A DNA stretch of 64,000 nt from Bugula neritina. Its lineage: Eukaryota > Animalia > Bryozoa. Location of the stretch: contig OZ037765.1 of NCBI GenBank assembly GCA_964035545.1, positions 26,969,504 to 27,033,503 on the forward strand. Direction: 5' to 3'. How positions within the stretch are numbered: position 1 is the first letter of the stretch; each line of letters begins with the position of its first letter. The notes under the pieces are model-generated. The model did no database searches, was not told where the DNA came from, and saw only the letters and a program-made list of their open reading frames with translations. Below are positions 27,613 to 53,475 of the stretch, piece after piece. The translations under genes and the position numbers were made by a program.

Positions 27613-30600
27613 CTAAAAATCAGAACTGGGTATTGGTTCATCAACTTCTTCTTTATAAGCTTTAAGAGGCACCATTCCTGGTCCATATTCATGCGCTTTT
27701 CTATAAAACTGCACGTCTGCTTTGTGTCCAGTCTTAGCTTTCACTTCATCTTCTCGAAGTACATACCGTAAGGTTGGGGAATCGACAATATCACCCTTAG
27801 CTTCTCCTCCTTGATATGCACTTAGTCTAAAAAGTTATAAGAGATAATAACTTTGCAGTTGACTTGAGATAGGGAGCAGCCGTTTGCCTGGTAAACACAG
27901 AGTCATGGGTTCGAACCCGAATAAAGGCTATTGGTAATATTAGGAAGAACATCCAGTCATAATTGCTCCTGTGTCCCATCTGAATAAGTCCTTAGCCCAC
28001 TTTAAAAAACCCTTTCCGTCAGGGGTTGTTAAACCTTGAATAGCAGCATCTTAAATCAGACAAGCACTTTTTAGAGTTATCTTATCATGAGCAACTGCAT
28101 ATAACAAGGAAGGAAAACTTCTGTAATACTACTAATTGCTAAATATTTACTACATCTAGGAGAGTCATGCAATGCAATAATTATATTGTTCAAACAAGCT
28201 ATCTAGCAGCAGTGAAAACACAAAATGCTTCAATGTATGCTAATCGAATCAACATGGCTAAACAGAAGTTTCTTTGAAATAAATTACGCAATAATATACT
28301 CTGTAGGCCATTTAAAAATGTTATTTGCAGCAAAACCGCTGCTCTAATATATTGTATGAAACCTGTACAGTTGATTAATTTCGAACCGTTATTGTATATA
28401 CAGAGATTAATGTCAAAATTTTTCCAACCTTAATAACATACTTGGCTTAAAACCAAGAATGGGGCTGAGTAAAATATTCTACTTTTAGCTTTATTTCTAA
28501 CATTCCCCCCCTCCCCCCCCCCCCTATACTTTATTTATTTTTTCGAGGTTAATAAACTAACAGTTAGTGTCAAAATATTAGTAGCACACTTGTTGGCAGC
28601 TCTAAACAGCTACATCTAGTTATATGTAGCTGTCATATTCTATGTGGTGTCACACCGTAACTGTTACCTAGGTTTCTGGGATTTATTGATGTCTGCTGGG
28701 GCGGAACCAAGATTCCCCCTAGCAGCAGCCTTTTGGTTTATCTGCTCTCTGCAGATAATCAATGTGTTATATATAGAAGGTACATTCATGTTTAGCATAA
28801 ATAAATTGGTTGAAAAACTTACTCTTTCCATCTCACAATTTTGTTCAACAAACAGGGATATATGAGTTGTTACCAATGTGCATAAATATCAACAGCTAAT
28901 GAAGATTGAGGAAATATGTATCATTGAGGGGATTAAATCTCTACACTCAAGTCTCAAGCAAAATTGTTTTGGTTATATAATGTAGGCTTTTATTTGTTTT
29001 TTTATCTAAATTTATTATAGTATAGTAAAGTGTAGAAAACTTACTTGATTGTTTGACCTGCAGAGGAGTCTCCTGGTACAGAGATGTTGAGAGCATTCTG
29101 TGCATTTCTCTTAGAGTAGAGCGGGAGAGGAGAGTTATACTGTAGGTGTGCTGCAGAAGCTGTTGAGCTAGAGAGATGCAGTTAGAAGACATGAATTATA
29201 TAAGTAATGTCTCTGTATTTATATAGGGCAGCTGCTATAATTTAAGATAAATTTATAGTAAATTTTTAAAAGAACTTGGAAAGAAAATTCTTCAAAATTA
29301 AAAAAAAACTTTTATCCCACCACCATCGCACTCCTTGCCTGCTTACCAAGTATAGAGTATATGTAGCACCACCTTTGACTAATCATAGTAATTTGATTTA
29401 ATGTTATTACATTCTGCTTTACTTGTATGGAACTACCTTTGTATATTTGTATATTTATATAAACTATTCTTCAAGGTCTTCTATATAGATTTGTTATAAT
29501 AGTATTTACATTATGTATTTCTATACAGTAGAATATTCCACTAATCTGCTATAAATAGAATAGCATTATTACTTCTTTGAATAAATAACTGATCAAGCTT
29601 TTACTAAAACCAGGTGTTACTCATATTAATTTTCCAAATAAATGTATAAATTTCTTACAGCACCAGCCTGACTTACCCATTTACTCTTACTTACTCACTT
29701 ACCTGTAGGAATTATGACTAACTTACCTGTAGGGATTATGACTAACTTACCTGTAGGAATTATGACTGACTTACTTGTAGGGATTATGACTGGGTTTATA
29801 GGAGAGGGGACCTGGAGTTGGTCTGTTGAAGTTGTGTGGCTGGTAGAACTTCCTGCCTTGACTAGCCCCAGATCCTTGAGCTGGCACCCAACCGTAATGA
29901 TGTTGGTTGTTTGGTTCACTATATGGCCCTAACAAGTTGCATAACTAGTTTTTAACATTTCAAGCAATAGTATTTATTCCACAAATTCTCAAAAGCTCTT
30001 TAAATTTAGGAAAACAATAATTTATCGACAGAAAAACACAAATTTTATATAAAATTAAAACAGCAGAGGATAGCAAATGACTTGCAAGGGTATGGAAACT
30101 CAACATTTATGTAAGAGTTGTGGGTGGTTATAAGCCGAGCAACAGAATAGCTACAAGTTGAAGCTGACTAAACACAGACACACGCTTAGACCATAAGCAA
30201 GCAGCACCGACACTTCTGCTATACCCTTGTAACATCAATTGCATCGTTTAACCTTTCAAAGACAACCTTAGAAGGTAAGACTTGTTCAATCATAAAATTA
30301 TACTATAAATTGTCAATTTGTCTTAAGCAGTTTTTAAAAAAAAACATTTTTATTGTGGTAAACTTTAATGAAGACAATGGAAGGCCTCAGCTACACAAGG
30401 TCAGACTTTTTGGTAACTTGAAGGCATTCTAATCATACTGGAGCAAATGCAAATGAATTTAATAGAAAAGATTTATTTCAATTTAGTGTTGCACATTTTG
30501 AAAATTCAAATTCGAAGCTCTGCAGTATATAAGCCTATATAGTTGTGTAAACTTGATTTGGTATATACATGTGCATTGAACAGATAGTCATTGGTTGCAC

Positions 30601-33600
30601 CAAAACTTTTTTATTCCCTTCTTTTCTACTATTTGTTAATAGCATTTACTTATGTATCAACAGTCAATACTCACACTCAGTATTTTCTTTCCTAGTTTTT
30701 GCTAAGTTCAGTTGCAGTATAATAATTGTTGTTCACTGGCTTGTCAAAACTCACCCACCCAAATCTTAACTAAGTTTTGTAATTATTTAATGCTAGACCA
30801 CCAGTTTATGTTTATGTCTAGTAAAATGTCTAGTAGCTGGTAAGAAGATACCGAAATTTCATTTAAACTTTGTGTTGCGGAAAATATTTGCAAGTTATTA
30901 ATGTGACTTTGAATAACTAATTTTCAGAAGAATTCCTGCTTTCAAGCACTACAAACCCCTTTGCTGATGCTGTGGAGGTGAGTTGGCAGGACGCAAGGGT
31001 TTGCTGGCAAGACTGTGGGAGACAAGGTTTAGCATAGCTTGGTCCTGAGGTGTTAACATACTACCTTGGGGTGTGTCGTTCCAATAATGTGAACCAACTG
31101 TGTAGCCTCCGTTCTGACTATACATTGTCTGTAAAGCAGCAGATACAGATTAACACCCATAAGGGATAGTTTAGGGTTGTTCTAATTTTGTAAGAATATA
31201 AAATATCTTCAAGCTTGATTACCTTATATACACTGTTTTTGGCTTATGCCAGGTGGTTCCTGTGCAAAAAACTGTTTTCCTTTGATCAGCACAAAACTCT
31301 GTTTTATTTGTATATATTCAAATAATGCTAATACATAGTTAGATTTATATAAGCATGTTTGAGCGAATTGTTGGTGGTATAAATAAGGAACCAAGAATTC
31401 TTTCATAAGACAACCTCTTTTTCTTTGAGGATAACTGGACCCATTAGTTTTTATTATATAATAGCAAACTAAAAAATGATTCAATTAAATATAAAATAGC
31501 AATTTCAGTTTTTTGTTAGTAGTAAATTATAAATTATCCTTGTACAAAAAATATAACAAACAATTGTCATTTAATAAACTATCATATATATTTTTGAATG
31601 AAAAGTCATAATTATTTTCAATTAATTATTTCATATTTTTCCAATTATCATAATTATTGTTGCCACTATATTCAGTGAGAGATTCAATTCCTAAACCCAT
31701 CTCATCATTTAGATACAAAGTACAAACTATCAGCAAGGACCTGTATAAAATGGAGCTCACGTCATAGAAATTAAGTTGATTTATTAATTATTTCATTGTT
31801 CACAAGTATTCAGTCTCTGTTAGTCTGACAATTAATTAAGCAATAAACTCCACTTCCAAAAGCAAACATCCTTTTTAGACCACATATTTGAAAAAACCTG
31901 CATCAAAATATGCATATGTGAGTAGGTGTAATACTAGATAGTGTACGCACTACGCTCTACTTATGAATGATGCTATAAGCTGGATAATATGCTGCAAGTG
32001 CAATACATATTTCTGCATTCTTGTTAATCAACTTCTTGTTCGGTTCAACATGAAAACCAGACAACAGACTAGCATTTTCAGCACTTGTTGCTGCCAAGTG
32101 GGTAAAAGTTCATACAGTAAACCAAACAAGTATCATTCTCAATATCTACATATAATACCTAATAATTAATACTCAATGTTAAAAAGCTGAACTTTACTGG
32201 TAATAACTTTTAAGCAAATCTTCATTAGGGGATAAATATTTCTTAAAGTAATGAGAAATCAGTATAAAAATAAAATACAAGTATATTTATTATACTAGAT
32301 TATATCGTACCTGATTGTTAGGATTGTTGTCAAACGAAGTGTAGGGTAAAGCTTGGTTCGGACCAGTTCTGAAATGTGCAAATAGACAGACTAATAGACA
32401 GGGAAGGAATGAGATAATATTATCTGCTTTGATGAGCTGAGTACCCTTCAACTGATGTACAATTAGTGCGATTACAGTATTTATCTGTGAGACGGTGTCA
32501 CGGATGAGTCATGACTCACCATTCTGATGACCTTCTTTGGTGGAATTAAGTCATTAGGGAAATGCTTGAAAATTGATTGCAATGCTTAGGCTTAGTCTAA
32601 GAATGAAAAATATGGGCCAGACTATGTTATTGTGATTCATAACATACTAAATACACAGGGCTGTAGCCACAAACATGATGTCATCTTTTACTAAATTTGC
32701 CTGAACTGTTGGGAAAAGATTTTAGTTTCTGATTTTCTGTTAAAAATAATTCCACTCCTCATGTATCTCTCCTTTAGATATTCTAATACTGATAGAATTA
32801 TGCTTTGATATAAAAATCAACCAAACAATTTTTCACGAACAAACAAACAGAAATTTGCAAAGTATGCTGACCTTCTGACTCTGAGGACAAGCTCGCCACC
32901 TGCTGACTTTATAGCTTGCTCAGCGGCAGCGTGTGACAAAGAGGAAGTATCTCTGTTGTCAATAGCTACCAGTACGTCCCCTCTTTGCAGCTCTCCTTCT
33001 GCTGGGCTGCCTGAAAATACCTACAAGATGAGGCAGCAGTGTTAGTGGTGAGACTGCTTGTTTGTCATAACATTATGCAGCACTAAGTTAACAAAGAATT
33101 TTTGGTAATTTTTTATTATCTATGCATTTTTTCCCATGAAATAATTTTATTGTTTCTACTGAGATGTTATTTCAGTTATATGCAGATTAGGGTTGAGAAA
33201 ATTATGATACCTTGAATATTTATTGCCTTTGGTGCTCAACCTAAATAGAGGTTAAACCAGTGTAGCAGTGCAATTAAATATTGACAACAATATAAGCTAA
33301 TAGGAAAGGTTTTTAAACTGAAATGTGCGGCCAATTGCCCACACTTCCTAATTTAAAATGCAAAAATGCAAAACAAAATTTACAAAAACAATTATAGAAC
33401 CATAATCATAGGATTATATTGTATAAGAAAAATGTTACAATAAAATACAAGTGTTTTGCATAGTGCAATATATTTATAAGATACACAATTTGTGAAACAC
33501 TTACTTTAATGCTACATGCAGTCCCAGCTACTCTATGCTAAACTATGTAGTCCCGTTATATTAAAATGTAGACTAATTACTATAAATGAATCAACCTATA

Positions 33601-36600
33601 AGATCCATACTGCTTTGTGTCTGAGACATTCTTTCTTTTATGTAGTATATACCAGTAATATATTTACAATAAAAGAGTTGAGACACATTAATAATATTGA
33701 CAACTAGCTTCACACCTGGGTACACAGCTGGAATTTAGTCACTATAGACGTAATGTACCATATAATATAAGTCAAATTAATCAAAGAGAATAATTGATCA
33801 AATCCATTGTAGAGATCAATAACATTATGTAACAGTCAGTGACTCACAGAGCTATGGAATAAATTAACATTAATTATGAAATCATTAAATTTCACAGCAT
33901 GATCCTTTTAGCACCACAAAGTGCAGTAAGTAACTGGAATGCGTATTACTTACAATCTGCAAGATCTCCTTGCGCTCAGCGCAGCTTGTTATACAAGAGG
34001 TTAAGGTATTCTGATAGCAGTCAGCAAACTAAATGATTGTGCAGCAGCTAATGAGCAGCAGAGTTCTGTGCGCTAATCACAGACACCGAGATAACAGATG
34101 TACTTCCATAAAACCATCTACTAGGGTTATACTTTGTATACAGTATATGTGGTATTGATATTCCCATCTTTCCTATGAAATATTGAGGATGGTGCTTAGC
34201 TTCATCGTTTAGTAATAACCCTAATCATTGAGGCTATACCAATACTTGTTTATAAGTTAGGTAATGATGGCTGAAGCATGCTGAATGAATTGCAGCTATA
34301 GAAAATACGTAATGCAATAACACAATAAAACTGGCATACTAATATTTCACACTCTTTTCAGGATAGCTGTACAGCTAATGGTTAATTGTCAACGGAAAGG
34401 TGGTGTTTAGACATCAAATTCTCAAATATCATCAATATATCCATGAGCTGATAACTTCTTGTGTAACTGCTCTGCAGTTTACAAGCTATAAATTTATAGG
34501 AAAGTTATCAGAATAAGCCTAGGGCCACACGGCGCGTATTTTCGCATGCGAAAATTGAAATCACCAGTAGCAAAGGCGTCCACTGTAGCATCAGTGATGC
34601 GTGATAAATAAAGCTTTCATTTTTAAATCGCACTCGCTTTCAATAAAACGCAATTTACGGGAATGTAGCACTAAAATAAAGAAATTGGGCTCGCTGAATA
34701 ACTACCAGTCAATTAGGTGATGACGACAGAGACGATTCGCACTTGCGTTGAGAATGCAGAGCGACAAGTGCGAACGTTTTCTCAACGCGTACAGTGGACA
34801 CCTTTGCTACTCGTGATTTCAATTTTCGCATGTGAAAATACGCACCGTGTGGCCCTAGGCTAAAAGTATTAGATTTAATTGACTATACACACGCACCCAC
34901 ACATACGTATGTATGTATTGTATAGATGTCGGATATAGTTTGTGTGTTATCACATTTATTTTTCAAAGTTGCACAGCTTCATGTGCGTAATTAAAGTATT
35001 TTTCATGCAGCTCTGAACACAAAGTGTGTTATGCCTAGCTTAGAATGTGCATATGAAATGGGCTTCTTGTAGTTCTCTTACAGAGTATAGGCTATAATTG
35101 TACTCAAGAAGAAATATTTTATAGAGAAGTGACTTCAACTCCGTTTATTACTTCTGATATACAGTATTTAATGATTATCATGAATTGTTCCTTACTTTGG
35201 CAGTCAACTTCGAAATTAAAAAAAAATTATGACCAGCTCAATAACTTAGTTTTTTGCTGATTACAAGGTTTGGATTGACCAACAATTTTTAACAACACAT
35301 GATTCTAACTAAACCGCACGCCATGGTGATGGTATAGCATGTAATGTTTACAAAGGCATTACATCAATTGTGTTATGACTTTATTCTTTTTCAAAATTTC
35401 AAAATTTTTGAATTTTAAAGAACATTTGAGATTATACTGTTTGCTATGAAAGAAAGTAGACTGAAGCAGCCTGACTCAGTATACCTCCACAAAGTTCAGA
35501 GGTTACCAGCACTGCATGCTCTCCAGACACACTAATATTATCCAACATTGTATATTCAATATAAAACTGTTGGCTATTTTAATTTTATTTTCTCTTTATT
35601 GCCTATGTAGTTAACTAAGCAAAATTAATAGTAATCAATAATAATTTGGGGCAATTTAGAAAAGGCTAAATTAAACTGAAGTTAAACAGACTTTTTTAAC
35701 CAACCATTTTTGCTAACTATTACGCAGTCCAGTGCACAAATGACTTAGGGTCTTTAGCTCCATGAGGGTATTTTAGCCTTAAAAAGCTTTTTATTGCTAT
35801 TAGCCAAAATGTGTTTCCCATAGCGTGTAATGGATGTATTCAACTATTTATAATACCACCAGGTAAACAGGCTGAAAGTTTTTCTAAGACAATATAAAAC
35901 TAACTGCAAGCATTCACTTGGTGTTTAGCCAGGCCCTTATGATCAGGGCTTGCTTTTAAAAAAATTTACTCTGAAAAATTACAAGTTCTGTTTGAGGACT
36001 GATTATTGTAGCTAGTACCAGTTACAGTTACAGTTACATGACTATTTATATAGATTCATTAACAAGATAGCCTTTGTTACTGTAGCTAGTATTAATAGCT
36101 CTGCTGATCAACTTTTATCTTAGTACTACAAAGTTTACAAAGTACTACAGCTGCTGCAACAATAACTAGTTGCAGCTAAACAAATGTAGGGCATAGCTAA
36201 TAATATACACATTTGATACATGCATCAGACTGTTAACCTGCATATAACATACTGGGTTATGTTTATTGCATTAATTAATGAACTTTAACTATTTTCACCA
36301 AACTTAGATGCCATATAATTATTAGCATTATTATTGGTCTATTATGATAGATTGGGGCAAGTAATAAGGAGGTATTGTAACTTTATTTATAGCTATTTAT
36401 AATTCTAATGACCTTTGATAAATCTTTAACCGGTATGAAAAAGAGAAAAGCTGTTGCAACAACTTAAAAAAAACTCTTTAAAAATGATATGAATCAAGCA
36501 TATTCATGTAAAGGACCATTTAAAAAAGCTTAAACAAGAGAGTGACCTAGAAGGAATTAGGACGACTATAGGAAAAGAAGAATTAGATCTATTAGAAAAT

Positions 36601-37863
36601 ACGGTAGTGGATATCATAGCTGATGGAGCAAGTAGAAGAAAATCTTTCAGATTCAACTAAACAATCTTGCACTTGACTCTATAGAACTGATATTCAGTGC
36701 TGTCATACTCATGCAATATGCATGTAACTTAAATTAAGTAGAATAAAGCCATTGCATTAATGGGCCATTATGTTAGACTATTTATAACTAGCAATTTTCA
36801 GTTCTATACTTTTACTACTTTCAACTCGTTTTATAAAAACACAGTTCTTTTAGTATACTTGAAGATATACAAATACTGTATTAAGTTTAAATTTTTTCAT
36901 TAAAAAAACTTCAATCTTTTGATTTTAAAACTTTTCATGAAATTATGGGATTAACAACAGGCTGGCATGTTGTATTGCATTGAATTAACATACTTTATTG
37001 TATTGCATTTTATTGTATTTTATTGTGTATTGCATTGCAATATATTGCATTTTATTGTATTCTGTTGTGCTGTGTTGCAGTATTTTAATTATTAACAAGA
37101 TTATGCAGGTCTATAATTGCAAATATTAGATTATTTTGTTAGTATTCTGGTTTGTTTAATTATGTAAAAATAGGCACCTTATCAGCTGGTAATTCGCTTC
37201 AATTTTTGAAAATAATTTAAAAAATACACATTGCATGTAGCAAAATAGCAAATTAGAAACTAAAGTATATTTTGAACATACTAATTTCACACAGCTGCTT
37301 ATGTAATTGAATTAATAGAATAATTACAATATCCAATATATTTTTATTGCATTATTTAGCATGCAATTCAGTTCCCTAATTCCTGGCCAAGAATGGCTTT
37401 CGATGCTTTAATTTTGTTACAATAATTGCTGTGAATGTACAACTATTTTCTTGAGTCAACACAAATATAACTTTGCTCCAAGCAGGGGAGCTTGATTTCT
37501 ACCCCAGGCTCTATAAAGGATTACCCATGCATTGCTATGCAGAAGTAATTCATAGTGCAATGTGCTATTTTAGTAATTAGCACATTTTTATATAGAATTA
37601 TTATAGCATACATAGAATTTTTGATGCCGTAAGACAGTAATAATATTACACCATAACATAATAATCTTTAATCTATTGCTCGTATAATTACATATTTGCT
37701 GTAATCTCTTAGAATGGTATGTACAAGAAGTATGCCTGTACATTGGGTAATTTATACTTACTCTTTGTATACTGAGGTTAGAGTTTAAATCAGCTCCCCC
37801 TTGCAAACGAAAGCCCCATGGAGAAAGCAAAGAATCTCTGTATAGCTTAACTGTGTACTCCAT
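27613..37863 (-). CDS. Zasp/PDLIM-family PDZ protein A (PDZ + ZM motif, no LIM domain); 8 exons: 37762-37863, 32872-33020, ~32311-32368, ~31065-31128, 29775-~29928, 29045-29167, 28668-28748, 27613-~27826
   Basis: N-terminal PDZ with SPWGFRLQGGAD...SIQRVFSGSPAEGELQRGDVLVAID...HAAAEQAIKSAG; ZM motif HLQYNSPLPLYS; open spliced frame ending ...EPIPSSDF*. Confidence 0.85.
27853..28035 (+). mobile_element. Decayed tRNA-derived SINE, copy 2
   Basis: B-box GGTTCGAACCC followed by ATTGGTAATATTAGGAAGAACATCCAGTCATAATTG...AATAAGTCCTTAGCCCACTTTAAAAAACCC shared with copy 1. Confidence 0.7.
29697..29792 (-). repeat. 24-bp tandem repeat x4 spanning an exon end and 5' splice site of PDZ gene A
   Basis: Minus unit AGTCATAAT(C/T)CCTACA(A/G)GTAAGT(C/T); GTAAGT at 24-bp spacing (plus ACTTAC at 29769, 29745, 29721, 29697). 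Confidence 0.9.
34517..34860. mobile_element. MITE, 344 bp, PIF/Harbinger (Tourist)-like, in intron 1 of PDZ gene A
   Basis: About 70-bp terminal inverted repeats (GCCTAGGGCCACACGG...TCCACTGTA, 4 mismatches) flanked by TAA on both sides (34514-34516, 34861-34863), consistent with a TWA target-site duplication; no ORF. Confidence 0.88.
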
Positions 37864-40800
37864 TTTGCATTTGATTCAAAGCAATTTGATAACTAACAAG
37901 GTAGATTGCTTGCGTTACGTCAGAATGTTTATATTGCAACTGGAAAGTTATAGCGAACTTAGCGGATATATTTAGCTCTTGCACATATTACTGGCAATTT
38001 GCTGCCTGTACGTTAGAAACAGCAGTTAGCAGGAAAAGGTGGCTATTTATTGCTGCTAGGGTCAGCCTTGCATGCACAGAGGCAGGAAGCTGGGAATGAT
38101 AAATATGATATATACATTATGCCTAATCATATACTAGATAGACGATATATAGTTAGTTTGTACATGTATTACTGTAGGAATATTATCTGTATTGATTACA
38201 TTGAGCTTTAGCCGACAGCAAACAGCTGTCGACTTCTGCAATATTATTCTCACATTAAATGCTTACATGGAATACCTGGAGAGTTATCTTCACCATCCAT
38301 TTTATTATTTTATATGTAAAGCAAAGGACGTGTTTAAAATTTATTTATTTAGATTATATTTTGTTCTCCAAACTTGATTGATTAACTGCTGTAAATAAAA
38401 GCTGCCTAAGTTTCACATTATACCTGCAGTGTTAAAAACCATCATTCCTCTTGATAATAGCAGCCAACCAATACAGAGTTATCTTCCCAATGCAGAAATT
38501 AACATGGAATGTAATGGTAAGTAATACGATAAAACTGAAGTTCTAATAGATTTTTAGCTAGCAATAATCTTTTGGAGTTATGGGACTAACATAGATTTTC
38601 AAAATAAAACTAAATGGATGTGCCAATCAAGGGAAAGATAGATGGTATATAAAGTACTTACTACTCTCTATATAAATAATACGATCAGACAGTTTACACA
38701 GCATACTATTTAACTAAAGATGCATAGCTGGTATTATAAGCCAAAATCTAGCTTTTCAGTATTGAAATTTGCTAAACAAATTAGCAATTTTAGCTAATAA
38801 GGTTATTTATATATCATCTATTAAAGTGATTTAGCTGGAGACATTTTGTTAGCCTAAGTCTTCATACGTCCCTCTAGTCTGCATCTTAGAATAATAGCAG
38901 TAGTACCCCTACTCTTGAAAAGGCAGGGACGCATATATAATTTTGTAATAAAGCTCATAGATAAATAATAGCTAAGCATTGCTACACCAACATAAAGAAG
39001 ATAACTTTATATGAAGGCTTAGCGCTAATAGAAACCTGCCTATATGAGATTTTTATACTAAAAGATGCATTCAAGTTCAACATAGAAGGATGTTCCTTTA
39101 GTATTTGCTGTAGTATTGTTTTCAAATTTGATTAGCAACATTCTGTGCTTGAATATCTATTTAAACACACAATTTTATTTGTTTATTTTACTAGCCAAAA
39201 AGAATTCTATAAACAGCATGCAGAATGCTTTAAATGAAACAAATACTATACAAGTTACAGCTACTGCATTTCTTAGCACTTATACATCCCGTATTACACA
39301 TTCCACTGTCTAATGTTTCAACTATTAAATGTGTACATTTACAGACTAAGAATACTGTCAAAAGAAAAAGCTTCCATTATAATATTGATGTGCAAAAGGC
39401 GTTCAATTTGATACTTATTTGGTGAAGTGCAAAGTGTCTGCTGCATTACATAACGTCGGCCTGTGAGAGATAGACATCTGACCAGCAACCTATCACTTTC
39501 CATTTGAACAGAACATAATAGAAGTTTGTAAAATTCTTTGTCAATATAGACATAAAGTATTATCATGGTACTCAAATATCAATTCTGGTCAAATATTTAA
39601 CCAACTGTAATATTTAATAACATTTGGAGAGCTGAATACAACCTGCCAATCAGTCAGGTTGTTGCAGATGGCTCAAGGCTATAAGAGTTCAGCAGATGTC
39701 AAGTAGAAGCAGGTAAGTGTAATACTAATATAGTTATATAATTCATAACCACAACACGCTGTATTGAAGTGTAGTGAATGCATGTAGCTACAGCTACTAC
39801 AGTTACTACAGCTACTACAATTACTACATTGATAACTACAACTAATATAGATTTATTGAAGTTACAATTCTTAGAATAATGTAGCAGTAAAAAGTAATTA
39901 AGTATTAAAGCCTTTTTTTTATAGAAATCTAAATGTATATAGCAGAAACACAGCAGAATAACGATAAGTTACTCAGCATTGGTTGAAAATGTAGTAAAGT
40001 TTGTCATCCTCCATCATTTTCTTACTTAACAAGTTTTAGTAACTTCTTCAATTTATGTTGCAGCCAAGGCTCCAATAAAACCCTTTATCTATACTATCCA
40101 ATGCGTTGTGTGCATGTGAGCTAAAATATCTTTCTACTGTTACAATAATTGTAGTGATATTGTAGTTGAGAAGGTAAATCATAGTTATATAAAAAGCAAA
40201 GATAACAGATATTTTAGCAGAAAAAAGCTATGCACAAGCCTGTCGTCTGTCATGCAAACTAGAAAATACTTTATTTATGCTCCATGCAGTAACAATCCTA
40301 AGATCATCTTATCTTAAAGTTTAAACTACATGTAACTTTTAGTTTGTTTGATTTAGGCTTTTAGCTAACTTTAGCTAATTTCAATTATGGTCTCCTTTGG
40401 AAAGTTTTAGCAAATTTTCGTCTCAACTAAAAATGATTAAATGATAGAATTTGAATGCTGCAACTAACTTTCAGCTGTGTAGTAATATTCCATGCATACA
40501 CAACCTCACGATTTAGCAAGAGGAGAAAACTACTGCAGTTTCTTCCAAATCTCGAAACAATTAAGTACCAACAACTGATAGCTCATAAGCTCTAAATAAT
40601 TGTTTTGCTTTAAAAATTTCTAATTGCATGGCTGGTCAGAATGCCTTTTAAAATGATTTTAATAATAATTGTTATTTAAAAGTTCCATTTAAAAGAATAT
40701 GATTTCTCCACTACTTGTTTGTGAGCTAAACTTTAAAGATGTATGAGATAGAAAATGCTGTTTTGCACACTCTAGATGACTGATTATGACAATATTAAAA

Positions 40801-41497
40801 AATAATAATTACCTGAATACTAATAGCATATTGCATTGTGTTGTATAGCATGTCAATAAAAGGTATAATCCCCACGCTGTGTTGTTTAGTTTATAATAGT
40901 TTACTACGTTGGCAGGGACGATATAGGTTGTGATACTCACTTTTTAATCAAATTAAACAACTAAAATTTGATTGCATTGCTTACATATCTTGAGTCAACA
41001 TATTGTGTTACACATCAAACCTCTTCCAGGGAGGTGACAGCATTAATAAAGTATTCATTGCACAAGTCTTCAGTCTAGTATTTACCTCATCTTATAACCA
41101 GAAGGAAAATATTTCCTAATGAGACTGAGAGAATATCAACATGTAAAGTAAACAGTAGAGAATCATGCCTGGAGTGGTATGCATAGCAAATAGTGAGGTA
41201 ATCAAAGCAACGCCTATACAGTGTAGAGTGCAATATTGCTTAATGAGTTTTTAAACAGTCTTTAAAGCAAACTGAGAACTGTGGGTGTCACGTCATTTCA
41301 TAGAACTGACCAACCAATTAGACATGTGAATGGTATTTCTTAGCTATGTCAAATATGTCAAAAGAAAACAAGAAAACTGACAGGTGCTGACAGGTGCCGA
41401 GTTGCCAGCAATCATGTAATGTATCCATGCAGTCGGTTATACCAGTCTTTTCACTCACTGACCAAAGTCATCATATTATTTAGTCTCTATTCTAAGG

Positions 41498-53218
<11,721 letters not shown>

Positions 53219-53275
53219 ACTCGTATTTATTATACCACTTTATTTTAATTCATACCATTCTAATAACATGTTTAA

Positions 53276-53475
<200 letters not shown>

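Noticed and set aside
36380-36405. MEF2-like YTAWWWWTAR sites in the PDZ gene A intron
   Set aside because: Expected frequently by chance in DNA this AT-rich.
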